The notes beneath the pieces were generated by a model that saw only the letters and a program-made list of their open reading frames with translations, was not told where the DNA came from and made no database searches. 64,000 bases of DNA from a virus. Below are positions 38,164-47,778 of the stretch, one piece after another (position 1 is the stretch's first letter; the number at the start of each line of letters is the position of its first letter). The stretch is from IMG/VR virus record IMGVR_UViG_3300025073_000036, positions 1 to 64,000 of that record. One strand, 5' to 3'. The position numbers and the translations under genes were made by a program.

Positions 38164-39285
38164 CTACTCGGCACCGATGGCCCGACGCGCGTAGTCGCGG
38201 ATTGCCCATAACACGCCGTCCTTGTGCGGCGCCGCGAAGTTGGGCGAAGCCGGATCGCCGATGGTCCGCAGCGCCTCGCGCAGGCGCGCCGCCTCGTCTC
38301 GGGCCTCGACGAGCTGCGCGTCAGCCGGTTCGGCCGCCGCAGCGGTGCCGGATGCCTTCCGCCGGTCGCGCACCGTCTCATGCACGCGGTCGACCCAGGC
38401 CACGCGCTCGGCCTCGTCCTGACTGCGCAGGAAGAGCACCCGCTTGCCGTCGTGGCCAAACGGGATCTCGGCCAGCAGGTCGAACAGCGACTCGTGATCT
38501 CTCTTGGCGCGTTCCAGCTCGGCGATGCGGTCCTTGGCCGTGGCAAGCGCGTTTTCGAGCTGCGACCGCATCCTCTCGTGCGCGCTCTCGGCGTCGAGCG
38601 CCCGTGTCTCGGCGGCGTGGATGCGCTTGGCGACCTCGCCGGACTCGACCGCCACCGGAGCCGGCCGGTGGGCGTCCACCCAGGTCCAGTCGTGCAGCCG
38701 GGTCGGATCGGCCGGGTTGTCGGTCAGGCCGGCGAAGTCAGCCCGCAGGCCTTGCACCCAAGCGCGCAGCGCGTCGAGCTCGCCCTGCGCGGCGCCGAGC
38801 GAGTGCACAAGCGAGCGGCCGCCCGGGCGGCGGATCTCGATGTCGCAGGCCTCGCCGTCCTTGCCATCGGTGCGGAACACGAGGCCGTTGCGCACGCCAC
38901 CCAGGCGCAACAGGGCGCGCCCGGCGTTGCCGAGTACAATGTGCAGCGCCCGGTCAAGCGTGGCCTCCTGCAGTGGCGGCAGGGCCTCGCCGACGGCCTG
39001 GCCGAGGGCCACCGACTCGATGAGGCCTGAGAAGGCCTCGTACTGCTCGCGCGCGTCGTCGAAAAGGGCCAGCACGAGGGCCACGAGGCGCGGCGAGTAG
39101 GAGCGGGCGGGCAGGACGCAGTCGCCGGGATCAGCCCCCGGGTGCAGCGGAGCCAGCACGTCGCGTGCGAACCGTTCGTGCAGGGCCTCGATGGCCGCGC
39201 CGGATGATGGATGGTCGGCCCAGGCCTCGCGCATCTTGTCGAGCAGCCATGGGGGGAGAACGTCTTTCGTTTCGGCGTCGCTCAC
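38164..39285 (-). CDS. Hypothetical coiled-coil protein
   Basis: GTG overlapping the upstream stop; helical. Confidence 0.6.
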   Translation of the reverse strand: MSDAETKDVLPPWLLDKMREAWADHPSSGAAIEALHERFARDVLAPLHPGADPGDCVLPARSYSPRLVALVLALFDDAREQYEAFSGLIESVALGQAVGEALPPLQEATLDRALHIVLGNAGRALLRLGGVRNGLVFRTDGKDGEACDIEIRRPGGRSLVHSLGAAQGELDALRAWVQGLRADFAGLTDNPADPTRLHDWTWVDAHRPAPVAVESGEVAKRIHAAETRALDAESAHERMRSQLENALATAKDRIAELERAKRDHESLFDLLAEIPFGHDGKRVLFLRSQDEAERVAWVDRVHETVRDRRKASGTAAAAEPADAQLVEARDEAARLREALRTIGDPASPNFAAPHKDGVLWAIRDYARRAIGAE

Positions 39286-39908
39286 GCGGATCTCCGTTGC
39301 AGCAGTTGAGCGGCCACCGCAGCGGCGGCCGGTTCGTCCACGTTCCACAAGCCTTGCGCGCCCGCGTGAGGCACGGGCTCGGCCAAGGCCTGCACCTCTT
39401 CGAGCACCCATCCGAAGGGGCCGAAGTACCAGGGGTCATTGACGATTTCGCGCGCCCGCTGCGCGCTCACCCCGGAGAACGCATCGAGCACGCCATCCCG
39501 GCTCGTGGTGCGGGGCATGCCCTCAACCCAGCCGACCACGCGCACCACCCCCACGAGCACGCTCTCCGGGTGGCAATAGACCACCGGATCGCTGCCCTTC
39601 GCCCGAGGGAACGCCGATTCTCTCCAGGGCAACCGGATGCCGAGATCCGAGCAGTGCAGGCCGCAGCCGTCGTCCCATTTCTTCCCGGCGTGCAGGGCGA
39701 TCAGGCCGTCGCGCGCGGCCTGCGGCGGCTTCATCGGCCGATTCTCGACTCGTTTCGGACCCGGGCCTTCACCCGGGCGGAGGTGAAAGATCGTGTACGG
39801 CCAGGGTCGCCAGAGAGTCAGCGCGCGCAGGATCATGACGGGCGGGTCCTTTCCGAAGCCCTTGGCGGCCAGCAGGCCGCGCACATGGGAAGGGTGCAGG
39901 GTGGGCAC
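39282..39908 (-). CDS. ASCH-domain protein
   Basis: ALTLWRPW, KRVENR, IALHAG, PWYFGPFGWVL, GAQGLW. Confidence 0.8.
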   Translation of the reverse strand: MPTLHPSHVRGLLAAKGFGKDPPVMILRALTLWRPWPYTIFHLRPGEGPGPKRVENRPMKPPQAARDGLIALHAGKKWDDGCGLHCSDLGIRLPWRESAFPRAKGSDPVVYCHPESVLVGVVRVVGWVEGMPRTTSRDGVLDAFSGVSAQRAREIVNDPWYFGPFGWVLEEVQALAEPVPHAGAQGLWNVDEPAAAAVAAQLLQRRSA

Positions 39909-39914
39909 GGGCGG

Positions 39915-40550
39915 TCAGGTGGGGCGGGCGGTGACGTGCAGCACCCACGTCCAGGGGCTTGCCTCGGCGCCGACCGCCAGGCGGCCGCCGTGGTCGCTGC
40001 GGAAGGCCTCGACCAGGGCCTCTCCGGAGGGGAAACCCTCGGCCCCCGCGTCCTCGTCGCCCGCCTCGAGCAGCCGTTGAACGGTCAGGCCCGTCACGTC
40101 GAGGTCGAGCCTGGACATGGCGCGCACCATCTTCGGCGCCGGCTCCCACATCAGGTCATGGAAGCCGCCGCCGCTGGCGTAGTCCGCTTCGTAGGCGAGC
40201 CCGTCCCGCTCTCGGAACCGCTCGGCGTAGTAGGTGGGCGGGTGGTCAGCGTGGAAGCGTTCGCGCACCCACAGGCGCAGCCCGTCGTGGAAGCGGCAGT
40301 CGATCCGGTGCTCGGTGTCGAGGTCAGGATCGCGGGCCTTGAGGCATGGCCCGGGGCCGGTCCCCGCCTGGACGATGTCGAGGGCCGACCAGCGCCGGGG
40401 GCCAGCTCGCGACCCGTCCACGATGGACGTTCCGCAGCGCACGGGCAGGCGGAGGCGGGTGGCCGGCGCCCGCCCGTGCAGGCCGAGGAAGCGGCGCACC
40501 TGATCCGGCGAGAGCGTGAGCGGCCGCTCGGTGGCAACGTGGCGGTTCAC
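39915..40550 (-). CDS. ASCH/PUA-like phage protein
   Basis: RLWVRE, YEAD, MVRAMSRLDLDVT..VQRL, DAGAEG, PWTWV. Confidence 0.65.
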   Translation of the reverse strand: MNRHVATERPLTLSPDQVRRFLGLHGRAPATRLRLPVRCGTSIVDGSRAGPRRWSALDIVQAGTGPGPCLKARDPDLDTEHRIDCRFHDGLRLWVRERFHADHPPTYYAERFRERDGLAYEADYASGGGFHDLMWEPAPKMVRAMSRLDLDVTGLTVQRLLEAGDEDAGAEGFPSGEALVEAFRSDHGGRLAVGAEASPWTWVLHVTARPT

Positions 40551-40753
40551 TCGGCCCCCTCCGCCGGGGGAGCGGTCTCGCCCCGCGTCGCGCGAATGAC
40601 CTGGGCGGCGCGGTGGCGCTTGTAGGCCTGCACGGCCGGGTTGATCTCGTGCAGGCCACGCAGGCGACCGGCGGTGCGCTCCAAGGCCTCGGCGGTGCCG
40701 AGCAGGACCGCCTCGCTCACCATCACCGCCGCCGTGATGAGCGCGGCGGTCAC
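40547..40753 (-). CDS. Small hypothetical protein
   Basis: GTG start overlapping the upstream stop; fills the operon gap. Confidence 0.45.
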   Translation of the reverse strand: MTAALITAAVMVSEAVLLGTAEALERTAGRLRGLHEINPAVQAYKRHRAAQVIRATRGETAPPAEGAE

Positions 40754-42366
40754 GGGGCCACCGGGGAGACAGGCAGGACGCGGACGTTGGCCCCGGCCTC
40801 GCGCAGCCGATCCGCCACCTCGTCGAGCGGCTGCTCGCCCTTCGGCGCGCGCCCGGGCTGCCGGCGGGTCTCGTCGCCCATGTCCGACAGGCCGGGGATC
40901 TCGCCGCGCCGGTAGGTCACCCAGCCGTCCGGCCCGCCTTCCTCGCACGCCCGCTTCATCAGGCCGCGCGCGGCGTCGCGCGACCACCCGATCTCGCGCA
41001 GGACGGCCTCGACCGCCTCTTTGCATCCCACGGCGATGTCGTCCATGACCACGACGCCGTCCGGCCCCATGTCGACCTTGGCACTGCCGACAGCGCGCAG
41101 GTCCGTGATCTCGCACTGTCCGTCGAGGCCATCGAAGCGTCCGAACACGACAAACCGCTGCCCCCCGTTGACCTCGAAATGTTGCTGATCGGACCCGTCG
41201 CCGTCCGTGGCGATCCAGCGGGAGAACAGCGGCAGGCCGCGATGGGCGAGCAGGGCGGCCACGGCCGTTTCGAGCGTCGGGCCGCCCGCGATGGCATCCG
41301 GGGACGGCGCCGCGCTCTCGGCGCTCCCGTCGGGGTCGAACGGCGGGGCCTTGTCCGGGCCGCTGGCGGGCTCGCTGCCGCCACCGGTGAGCCAGTGCCC
41401 CGTCACCGTGCCGCCCGGGTTGAGGAAACCGCGCAGGGCACCCGCCCGACGCGCCCGCGCCCGGTAGCCGGTGTCGGTCTCGTGCGAGCTGCGCGTGAGA
41501 TCGGGCAGGACGCCCAGGACGCCCGCGTCGAGCTCGGCCCCGGCCAGCTCGTCGAGGTGGGGGAAGAGATCGTCGGGGCTCTTCGGCGCGTCCTCGGCCC
41601 GATGTGGCTCGATGGCCTCGACCTCGAGATCCGCGCAGCGCAACTGGTCGAGGCCGCTGTGCAGGGCATTGCCCGACAAGCGCCCGACGAAGCGGTGCTC
41701 GCCGTTGTCCACGGCGTCGATGTGGCCCTTGGCCTCGACGAGCGGCATGGAGCGGAAGGCGTTGCGCAGGGCGGCCACGGCCCGGATCTTCTGGTTGGGC
41801 GCGCCGTTGAAGCGCCGCAGCCAGATCTCGCGCACGCCGTTGGTGGCCTCGAGGTCTCCGCCGTCGGCGTCGTCGGTCACGCGCGGCAGGGTCGGGCCGG
41901 TGTCGCCGTCGTCGGGGAGCGCGTGCAGGGGGAAGAGGTTGCCCTGCCGGGCCTTGGCCTCGGCCTTGAGGTCGTGCTCGCTGGCGGGCTCGGTGGCGAG
42001 GATCACGCCACGCAGGGCGCCGTCCACGTCCGTGAGGCCCATCACGAAGTACACCCGGCCCCGGTCGCGGTCGATGAACACGTCGACGGCCACCTTGCGG
42101 GGCTCGGCCCGCTTGCTGACCACGTTCGCCAGGCGCGCGCTTTCGGCCACGAGCTCGTCCGACTGGGCCTTGAGCAGCTTGCGCACGCGGGCCGAGTAGT
42201 CGTCGTGCACGCCGATCCGGACGTGCTGCATCGCCAGATCCTCGGCGCGCATGACGAACTCTTCGTCGGTGAGGGTGAACTCGTGCGTGTGCGTGTCCTT
42301 GCGAACGCGCACGCCGGGGATGTCCACCGCGTTGAGCCCGGGGGGGAGGGGCGGGGTGATGCTCAT
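40750..42366 (-). CDS. Multidomain protein containing a ribosomal L7/L12 C-terminal-like domain
   Basis: NQKIRAVAALRNAFRSMPLVEAKGHID matches the L7/L12 KI.aIK.vR...gL.EAK..V pattern. Confidence 0.6.
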   Translation of the reverse strand: MSITPPLPPGLNAVDIPGVRVRKDTHTHEFTLTDEEFVMRAEDLAMQHVRIGVHDDYSARVRKLLKAQSDELVAESARLANVVSKRAEPRKVAVDVFIDRDRGRVYFVMGLTDVDGALRGVILATEPASEHDLKAEAKARQGNLFPLHALPDDGDTGPTLPRVTDDADGGDLEATNGVREIWLRRFNGAPNQKIRAVAALRNAFRSMPLVEAKGHIDAVDNGEHRFVGRLSGNALHSGLDQLRCADLEVEAIEPHRAEDAPKSPDDLFPHLDELAGAELDAGVLGVLPDLTRSSHETDTGYRARARRAGALRGFLNPGGTVTGHWLTGGGSEPASGPDKAPPFDPDGSAESAAPSPDAIAGGPTLETAVAALLAHRGLPLFSRWIATDGDGSDQQHFEVNGGQRFVVFGRFDGLDGQCEITDLRAVGSAKVDMGPDGVVVMDDIAVGCKEAVEAVLREIGWSRDAARGLMKRACEEGGPDGWVTYRRGEIPGLSDMGDETRRQPGRAPKGEQPLDEVADRLREAGANVRVLPVSPVAP

Positions 42367-42662
42367 GCTTCGCCTTTCGTTCCGTGCCGGGCGAACTCTT
42401 CGACCGGCATGTCAGAGACGGCGCGGATCGGGACACTCAAGGTCCGGCCGTCGAGTGAGACCACAGGTTCATCCGGCCCGGGCTCGCCGAGCGGGATGAG
42501 GTCAGAGAAGAGAAACGGGCTGCCGCAGAGACGACAGAGCACCCGCACTTCGACGGTCATGCCGACCACCCGGCCGTCGTCGGCGCGGTAGGCGGCGCCC
42601 TTGGCCTCGACGTGGACGGCGTCGTGCGGGCACGGCGCGGCAGCATGGGCGGGGCCGTTCAC
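42363..42662 (-). CDS. Small Zn-ribbon hypothetical protein
   Basis: CPH...CRLCGSPF; start uncertain. Confidence 0.5.
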   Translation of the reverse strand: MNGPAHAAAPCPHDAVHVEAKGAAYRADDGRVVGMTVEVRVLCRLCGSPFLFSDLIPLGEPGPDEPVVSLDGRTLSVPIRAVSDMPVEEFARHGTKGEA

Positions 42663-43351
42663 AGGCCGTGCTCGTGGCAGGTCGAGTCGTGGCAGGTGTC
42701 CGACACGTCGCCGCAGATGTCGCACCACTTCATTGTCCCGTGGCATTGCCCATCGCCCGGGCACGACTCGGCCAGGCGGGCGGCCTCGCGCTCTTCATCG
42801 GCACGGCGCACAACCTGCCGGTGCGAACGCAGGGCCGACTCAATGTTGAGCGCGAGCCAGGACTTGAGCGTGCCCGCAGGCCAGCCGTGCGCGACGCCGA
42901 AGGTCAGATCGGCCCGGGTCTTTCGGTCGGCGGCGGCGGCCAGACGCAGGACGATCCGGCCCTCGACGCTTGGCGTGCCGTCGGCCTCGGGCGGTGCAAG
43001 CTGAAACGGCTCGGCCAACGACCCCAGGATCTCGGCCGTCTCCTGCTCGCCGATCTCATCGGCGTGGGGCGCCTCGACTCCGCACGGACGAACGTCGGAA
43101 TGGGCGAGCTCCATCGTCTGCCACAACCGGCGGGCCACCTCGTCGGCCTTCACCCAGGCGGCATGCAACAGCGGCAAGGCCGGCACCATGATCGACCGGT
43201 CGCTGCGTTCGACGATCCGGCGGGCCTCGTCTTCGGTGTAGAGCCCGGCTGCGGCCACCTCGTCGGTGTAGCCGGACGACTCCGGCCGCCAGTAGCGGCC
43301 CCGGCCCGATTGGTGTTCGGGCAGAACTTCCACGAGAAAGCGCGACATCAC
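42659..43351 (-). CDS. Hypothetical protein
   Basis: YWRPESSGYT..AAGLYTEDEA N-terminal motif; Cys-rich C-terminus. Confidence 0.6.
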   Translation of the reverse strand: MMSRFLVEVLPEHQSGRGRYWRPESSGYTDEVAAAGLYTEDEARRIVERSDRSIMVPALPLLHAAWVKADEVARRLWQTMELAHSDVRPCGVEAPHADEIGEQETAEILGSLAEPFQLAPPEADGTPSVEGRIVLRLAAAADRKTRADLTFGVAHGWPAGTLKSWLALNIESALRSHRQVVRRADEEREAARLAESCPGDGQCHGTMKWCDICGDVSDTCHDSTCHEHGL

Positions 43352-46269
43352 ATGACCTCGAGCGTGGAGCCGTTGACGCCCGGCCGGACTTCGACCCGGT
43401 GCGGCAGGCAGTCGGCCACAGCGTCGATGTGCGTGACCACGAGCACGAGCGGGTAGAGCCGCTGCAGGCCGGTGACGGTGTCCTTGAGCGCGTCGATGCC
43501 GCTCACGTCCAGGGCGCCGAATCCACCTTCATCGATCAGCAGCCATTCGACGGGCACACCTTCACGGTCGGCCAGCAGCCGGGCCAAGCCGAGGCGGAGG
43601 GCGATGTCGATGCGGAATTGCTCGCCGCCCGAGAAGTCCTCGTATTCACGCTCCCCCACGTCGTCGGTGACCACGAAGCGCATGACCTCGCGCTGCCCGC
43701 CGTCGTCGGTCGTGGCCTGGGTCTCGATCCGCAGGCGCATGCCGCGCGTGGAGATCGCCCCGAGCACCCGGTTGGCCTCCAGCTCGAGCACCGGGATCGC
43801 TTTCTCGATCACGAGCGTGGGGGCCAGCGCGCAGGCCTCGGCCGTGCGGTCGAGCTGCCGCGCGGTCTCGGCGTACATGGCGGCCGTCTCCAGCTCGCCC
43901 CGGGCCTGCTCGGCACGGCGGGCCACGTCCTCGAGCACGGCCTCGGCCCTGGCGTGCAGCCGCTCGGCCTCGGTGACCGACTTCTCGGCCGCCTCGCGCG
44001 CCTGGCGGGCCTCGCTGGCGGCCGTCTCGGCCACCATGGCGTTCATGGCCTGCTCGTCCGTGCTGCTGGCGCGCTCGACCTCGGCGGCGCGCTCGGCGCG
44101 CTCGGTGTCCAGCCGGGCGATCTGCCGCTCGATGTCACTGCGCTGGGAGACGGCCAGCTCGGCCGCAGCGCGCTTCCCCGCCGTGGTCTCGCAGCTCGTC
44201 ACGGCCGCGCGGGCGGCGGTCACGGCCGCTTCGGCGGCGGCCACGTTGGGCACGCCGAGCTCGTCGATCTTGCCGCGCACGCTGGCACCCTCGCGGGCGA
44301 GGCGCGCCACCTCGTCGGCCTCGGTGCGGGCACGCTCGGCGGCGCCGCGTTTGGCGTCCACCGTGGCCGAGTCGCGCTCGGCCTGGGCCAGCGCGGTACG
44401 GGCGTTGTCGAGCGCGGTGCGCGCCACGCTCTCGGCGTGCGCGGCGGTGCGCCGGGCGGCGGCGGCGGCGGCCTGCCGCTCGCGCAGCGCGTTGCGAGCG
44501 TTCCCCAGCGCCCGACCGGCGTCGGCGTCCAGTCGGTCGGCCGCGTCGTAGGCCTCGGTCGCCTGTCGGACGGCGGCCTGGGCCGCCTCGTGGGCCGCCT
44601 CGGCCTCGGCCAGCTTCTCGCGCGCTGCGGGCAACCCGTCGCGCGCGGCCACCGCGTCGGCGATGAGGGGGCAGGTGCCGGCCAGGTCACACGACACCTG
44701 CCCGATCATCGGGTCCGTTGACATCCACTGAGGGTGCCGGGCGCACGGCGCCTGGGTCAGTCGAGCGGCCGCTTGGGTCAGCCGCTCGGCGTTGCTCGTC
44801 GCCGTGGCGAGCGCGATGTGCGTTGCGTTGCGGGCGTTGCCGGCCTGGATCTGCGCCTGCTGCGCTTCGGTCAGGGCGGCCCGGGTGGTCGTGGCCGTCG
44901 TCTCGTCCACCTGCTCGGCGCGCGCCGCGTCGTCCGCCACCTCGGCCGTGCGCATCGCCGCGCTGGCGGTGTCGAGCGCGCCCTTGGCCTCGTCCACCTT
45001 GACCCGCAGGCCTTCGATCTGCCCGGCCGCCGCTTCGGCCTGGGTCAGCCCGGCCGCTTCGGCGTCGGCGGCCTTCTGGCGGCCGCTGGCGGCCGTGTAG
45101 AGCTCGACGAGGCGCTTGCGCTCGACCACGAGCGCGTCGAGCTTCCCCTGCGCCTCGCGCACCTGCACAAGGGCCGCCTCGGCCTCGGCCAGCCGCTCAC
45201 GCACGCCGGGCAGATCGGTCTCGGCCTTCGCTGCCGCGTCCAGCTCCGCCGCCGGCCCGGCCAGCTCGTTGAAGCGGGCACGCGCGGCGGTGATCTCGCC
45301 GTCCAGGGCGGAGATCCGCCGCCGTGCCTCGTCCACGTTGCGGGCGGCCGCCTGCGCCGCTTCGAGGGCCTGCTGCGCCGCCGTGTGCGCCGCGTGTGCG
45401 CTCGCCTCGGTGGTCTTGGCGCACGCGAGGCGCACACGGGAGGCCTCGACCACGCCGGAGGCCTCCTGGGCCAGCAGAGCGAAGACCTCCGCCATGCGCG
45501 GCGCCTCGACCGCTCCGCCCGTGTTCTTCAACGTGAAGTAGATCACGTTCCACGCGCCTTCATCGTCGTACCGGGCGAGCTCGTGGCCGTCGGGCGCGCA
45601 GGCCAGGACCGGGCGGTCGACGGGCAGCATGGCCCGCAGGCCGGCCGCGATGGTCGCCGCCCGGGCGTTGGCCTCGTCCCGCTTGGCCGTGGCGTCCCGG
45701 GCGCCGGCCCGGGCGCGGTCGAGCCAGACGCGCCAGCGGCCGAGATCGAGCGAGCGACGCAGGATGTCGCGCCGCTCTTCCGGCTTCGCCCGGGTGAGCC
45801 GGTTGGCGTCGTTCTGCATCATCACCGACGCCGCGAGCAGGGTGTCGTACTCGATGCCCAGGATGCGGCGGATCTCCGCCTGCGTCTCGCGCGCGCCCTT
45901 GCCGCTCATCGGCTCCCAGTGCTCGTCGTGCACGCCGTCGACCGGGCTCGTCTCCAGCACCCATCGGTACAGGTCGAGCTCGCTCTTGGTGCCCGATCCG
46001 CGCACGCTGATCTTGCGCACGATCTTGTAGGTCTCGCCGGTGCTGCTGAACTCCAGCTCGCCCACGCAGTCGGTGGCGCCCTTGCGCACCACGCCGGTGA
46101 TGCGGCTCGACCGGCTCTCGCCGAACGGCACCCACACGATTCCCTCCGCGAGCGAGCTTTTGCCCGCCCCGTTGGGGCCAGTGATCACCGCGCCCGGCAT
46201 GGTCGTGAAGTCGAGATCCACGTCCGCCCAGGCGCGGTAGTTCCGCAACCGAAACCGCTTCAAACGCAT
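43348..46269 (-). CDS. sbcC: SbcC/Rad50-like SMC ATPase
   Basis: Walker A GPNGAGKS, long coiled coil, FSGGE signature, Walker B LLIDEG, VTH. Confidence 0.93.
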   Translation of the reverse strand: MRLKRFRLRNYRAWADVDLDFTTMPGAVITGPNGAGKSSLAEGIVWVPFGESRSSRITGVVRKGATDCVGELEFSSTGETYKIVRKISVRGSGTKSELDLYRWVLETSPVDGVHDEHWEPMSGKGARETQAEIRRILGIEYDTLLAASVMMQNDANRLTRAKPEERRDILRRSLDLGRWRVWLDRARAGARDATAKRDEANARAATIAAGLRAMLPVDRPVLACAPDGHELARYDDEGAWNVIYFTLKNTGGAVEAPRMAEVFALLAQEASGVVEASRVRLACAKTTEASAHAAHTAAQQALEAAQAAARNVDEARRRISALDGEITAARARFNELAGPAAELDAAAKAETDLPGVRERLAEAEAALVQVREAQGKLDALVVERKRLVELYTAASGRQKAADAEAAGLTQAEAAAGQIEGLRVKVDEAKGALDTASAAMRTAEVADDAARAEQVDETTATTTRAALTEAQQAQIQAGNARNATHIALATATSNAERLTQAAARLTQAPCARHPQWMSTDPMIGQVSCDLAGTCPLIADAVAARDGLPAAREKLAEAEAAHEAAQAAVRQATEAYDAADRLDADAGRALGNARNALRERQAAAAAARRTAAHAESVARTALDNARTALAQAERDSATVDAKRGAAERARTEADEVARLAREGASVRGKIDELGVPNVAAAEAAVTAARAAVTSCETTAGKRAAAELAVSQRSDIERQIARLDTERAERAAEVERASSTDEQAMNAMVAETAASEARQAREAAEKSVTEAERLHARAEAVLEDVARRAEQARGELETAAMYAETARQLDRTAEACALAPTLVIEKAIPVLELEANRVLGAISTRGMRLRIETQATTDDGGQREVMRFVVTDDVGEREYEDFSGGEQFRIDIALRLGLARLLADREGVPVEWLLIDEGGFGALDVSGIDALKDTVTGLQRLYPLVLVVTHIDAVADCLPHRVEVRPGVNGSTLEVM

Positions 46270-46346
46270 GTTGGTCCCCCGACCATGAAGTTGTGCGCCG
46301 CCGGGCGGCGCCCGCCTGTAGGGCACCGGACAAGCGGCAGGTGCGA

Positions 46347-46375
46347 GCATTTAGCGCGACGCGCTAAGAAGTCAA
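46347..46375 (-). promoter_or_regulatory. Internal promoter for sbcC with perfect palindromic operator
   Basis: TTGACT, then TTAGCGCG-T-CGCGCTAA (46351-46367) in the same register as the other leftward promoters; weak -10. Confidence 0.55.
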
Positions 46376-46390
46376 CAGGAAAGCGCGCGG

Positions 46391-46837
46391 TCAGTCGGAC
46401 CGCGACGACTCGGCGGTGAGCTCGTGAATGGACACGGTGCGCTCCGAGTGGCCGATGCACTCGTTGTCGTAGGTCTGGACGGACGCGGCCACCCGAATCA
46501 GGCCGCGCGCGAAGTCGATGCCGGACCGTGTCGGACGGTAATTGCCGCGCCCTTCGCGCTCGATCAGCCCCCAGTGCACGAGGAAGGCCAGATCGGTCGA
46601 GGCCTTGGTGGCCTTGGCGCTGCCCTGGACAAAGTCGCGCACCTGGCACCACTGGCCCGGCCGCAGCTCGTGAAGGTCCACGAGCCGCACGAGGTTGATC
46701 GCGATCTCACGGTGCAACTTGCGGGTGTAGATCTGCGTGGTGCGCTGGCAGCAGGGGCAGGTCACGGGCTTGCCACCCTCGAGGGCGACGAAGTGTTCGT
46801 GCGAGGCCTCGGCCAGGGTGCGCGGGGAGCTGGACAT
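46391..46837 (-). CDS. Winged-helix-like protein with CPCC
   Basis: CPCCQ..IYTRKL, LVHWGLIE..GNYRPT..GIDF; GGAGG SD. Confidence 0.65.
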   Translation of the reverse strand: MSSSPRTLAEASHEHFVALEGGKPVTCPCCQRTTQIYTRKLHREIAINLVRLVDLHELRPGQWCQVRDFVQGSAKATKASTDLAFLVHWGLIEREGRGNYRPTRSGIDFARGLIRVAASVQTYDNECIGHSERTVSIHELTAESSRSD

Positions 46838-46840
46838 GGG

Positions 46841-47020
46841 TTACCTCCGGCCTCGCAGGATCTCGCGCACGATGGTCCTGGCGTAGGCCTGATTTTCGCG
46901 GCGCAGGCGCCGGACGGTGGCGGTCAGACACATCAGGTCGAGCCGGTGCTCGAAACACCGCCAGGAGAGCCACACGAGGCCCGCAGCGAGCAGGCCGTGC
47001 ATCACCTCGGCAAGGTTCAC
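46841..47020 (-). CDS. Small membrane protein
   Basis: GLLAAGLVWLSW; coupled GTG start. Confidence 0.45.
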   Translation of the reverse strand: MNLAEVMHGLLAAGLVWLSWRCFEHRLDLMCLTATVRRLRRENQAYARTIVREILRGRR

Positions 47021-47778
47021 AGATCGTCCGTGTCCAGGCCGGCCGCGTCGGCCAGGTGCTCGACCACGAGGGCCAGATCGGTCGAGTCCACCTCGACCGT
47101 GGGATCGTTGCGGCGCGAGGCACGCAACAGGCGCAGCAGGGCCTCGTGCGTGTCGTCGTCGAGCCGGACGGTGCGTGGGGGCTCGACGGTCACGACCGGA
47201 AGCGGCGCGGTGGTCGGGCGTCGGTCGGGCCGGGCGTCGGCGTAGACGCGGTCGAAGGCCTCGCGGTTGACCGGATCGCCGCCGACCAGCAGCGCAGGGG
47301 GGTAGTGGGCCTCGATGCAGCCGGCGGGGTCGAGGCCGACGAACGCACCGCAGGTGCACCGCAACTTCATGCCCGGCGGGCCGTGGACAACCCGTATCGG
47401 TGCGCCGGAGGCCGGGCAACGTGCTGAATCGCTCCGGGCGGCCGGCGGGCGAGGGGGGCTTCCCGCCGGCCGCCCGTGGGCGAATCCGATCTGTACGAGC
47501 AAGGCCGCCGCTTCGGTGAAGCGGCCGACGTAGGCCGTGTGCGCCCAGCTCCCGAGCGCGCCGCTGTACGTCCACCCCAGGGCCGTCAGGCCGCGCGCGT
47601 GATCCACGCTGCCCGTCCAGTAGTGCAGGCGGTTGCAGGCCGGGCACGGCCGGGCGTCGCAGGGCGGATCGCCGACGTTGTGGCACATGCCGTTGCACTT
47701 CCCCACGTCGCCCAGGAAGAGCACGTCGCAGCCGGAGCACTGCCACAGGTTGCGCACGGTCAGGTCAGGCAGGGCCAT
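47017..47778 (-). CDS. Cys-rich hypothetical protein
   Basis: Multiple CxxC; GGAGG SD. Confidence 0.6.
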   Translation of the reverse strand: MALPDLTVRNLWQCSGCDVLFLGDVGKCNGMCHNVGDPPCDARPCPACNRLHYWTGSVDHARGLTALGWTYSGALGSWAHTAYVGRFTEAAALLVQIGFAHGRPAGSPPRPPAARSDSARCPASGAPIRVVHGPPGMKLRCTCGAFVGLDPAGCIEAHYPPALLVGGDPVNREAFDRVYADARPDRRPTTAPLPVVTVEPPRTVRLDDDTHEALLRLLRASRRNDPTVEVDSTDLALVVEHLADAAGLDTDDL

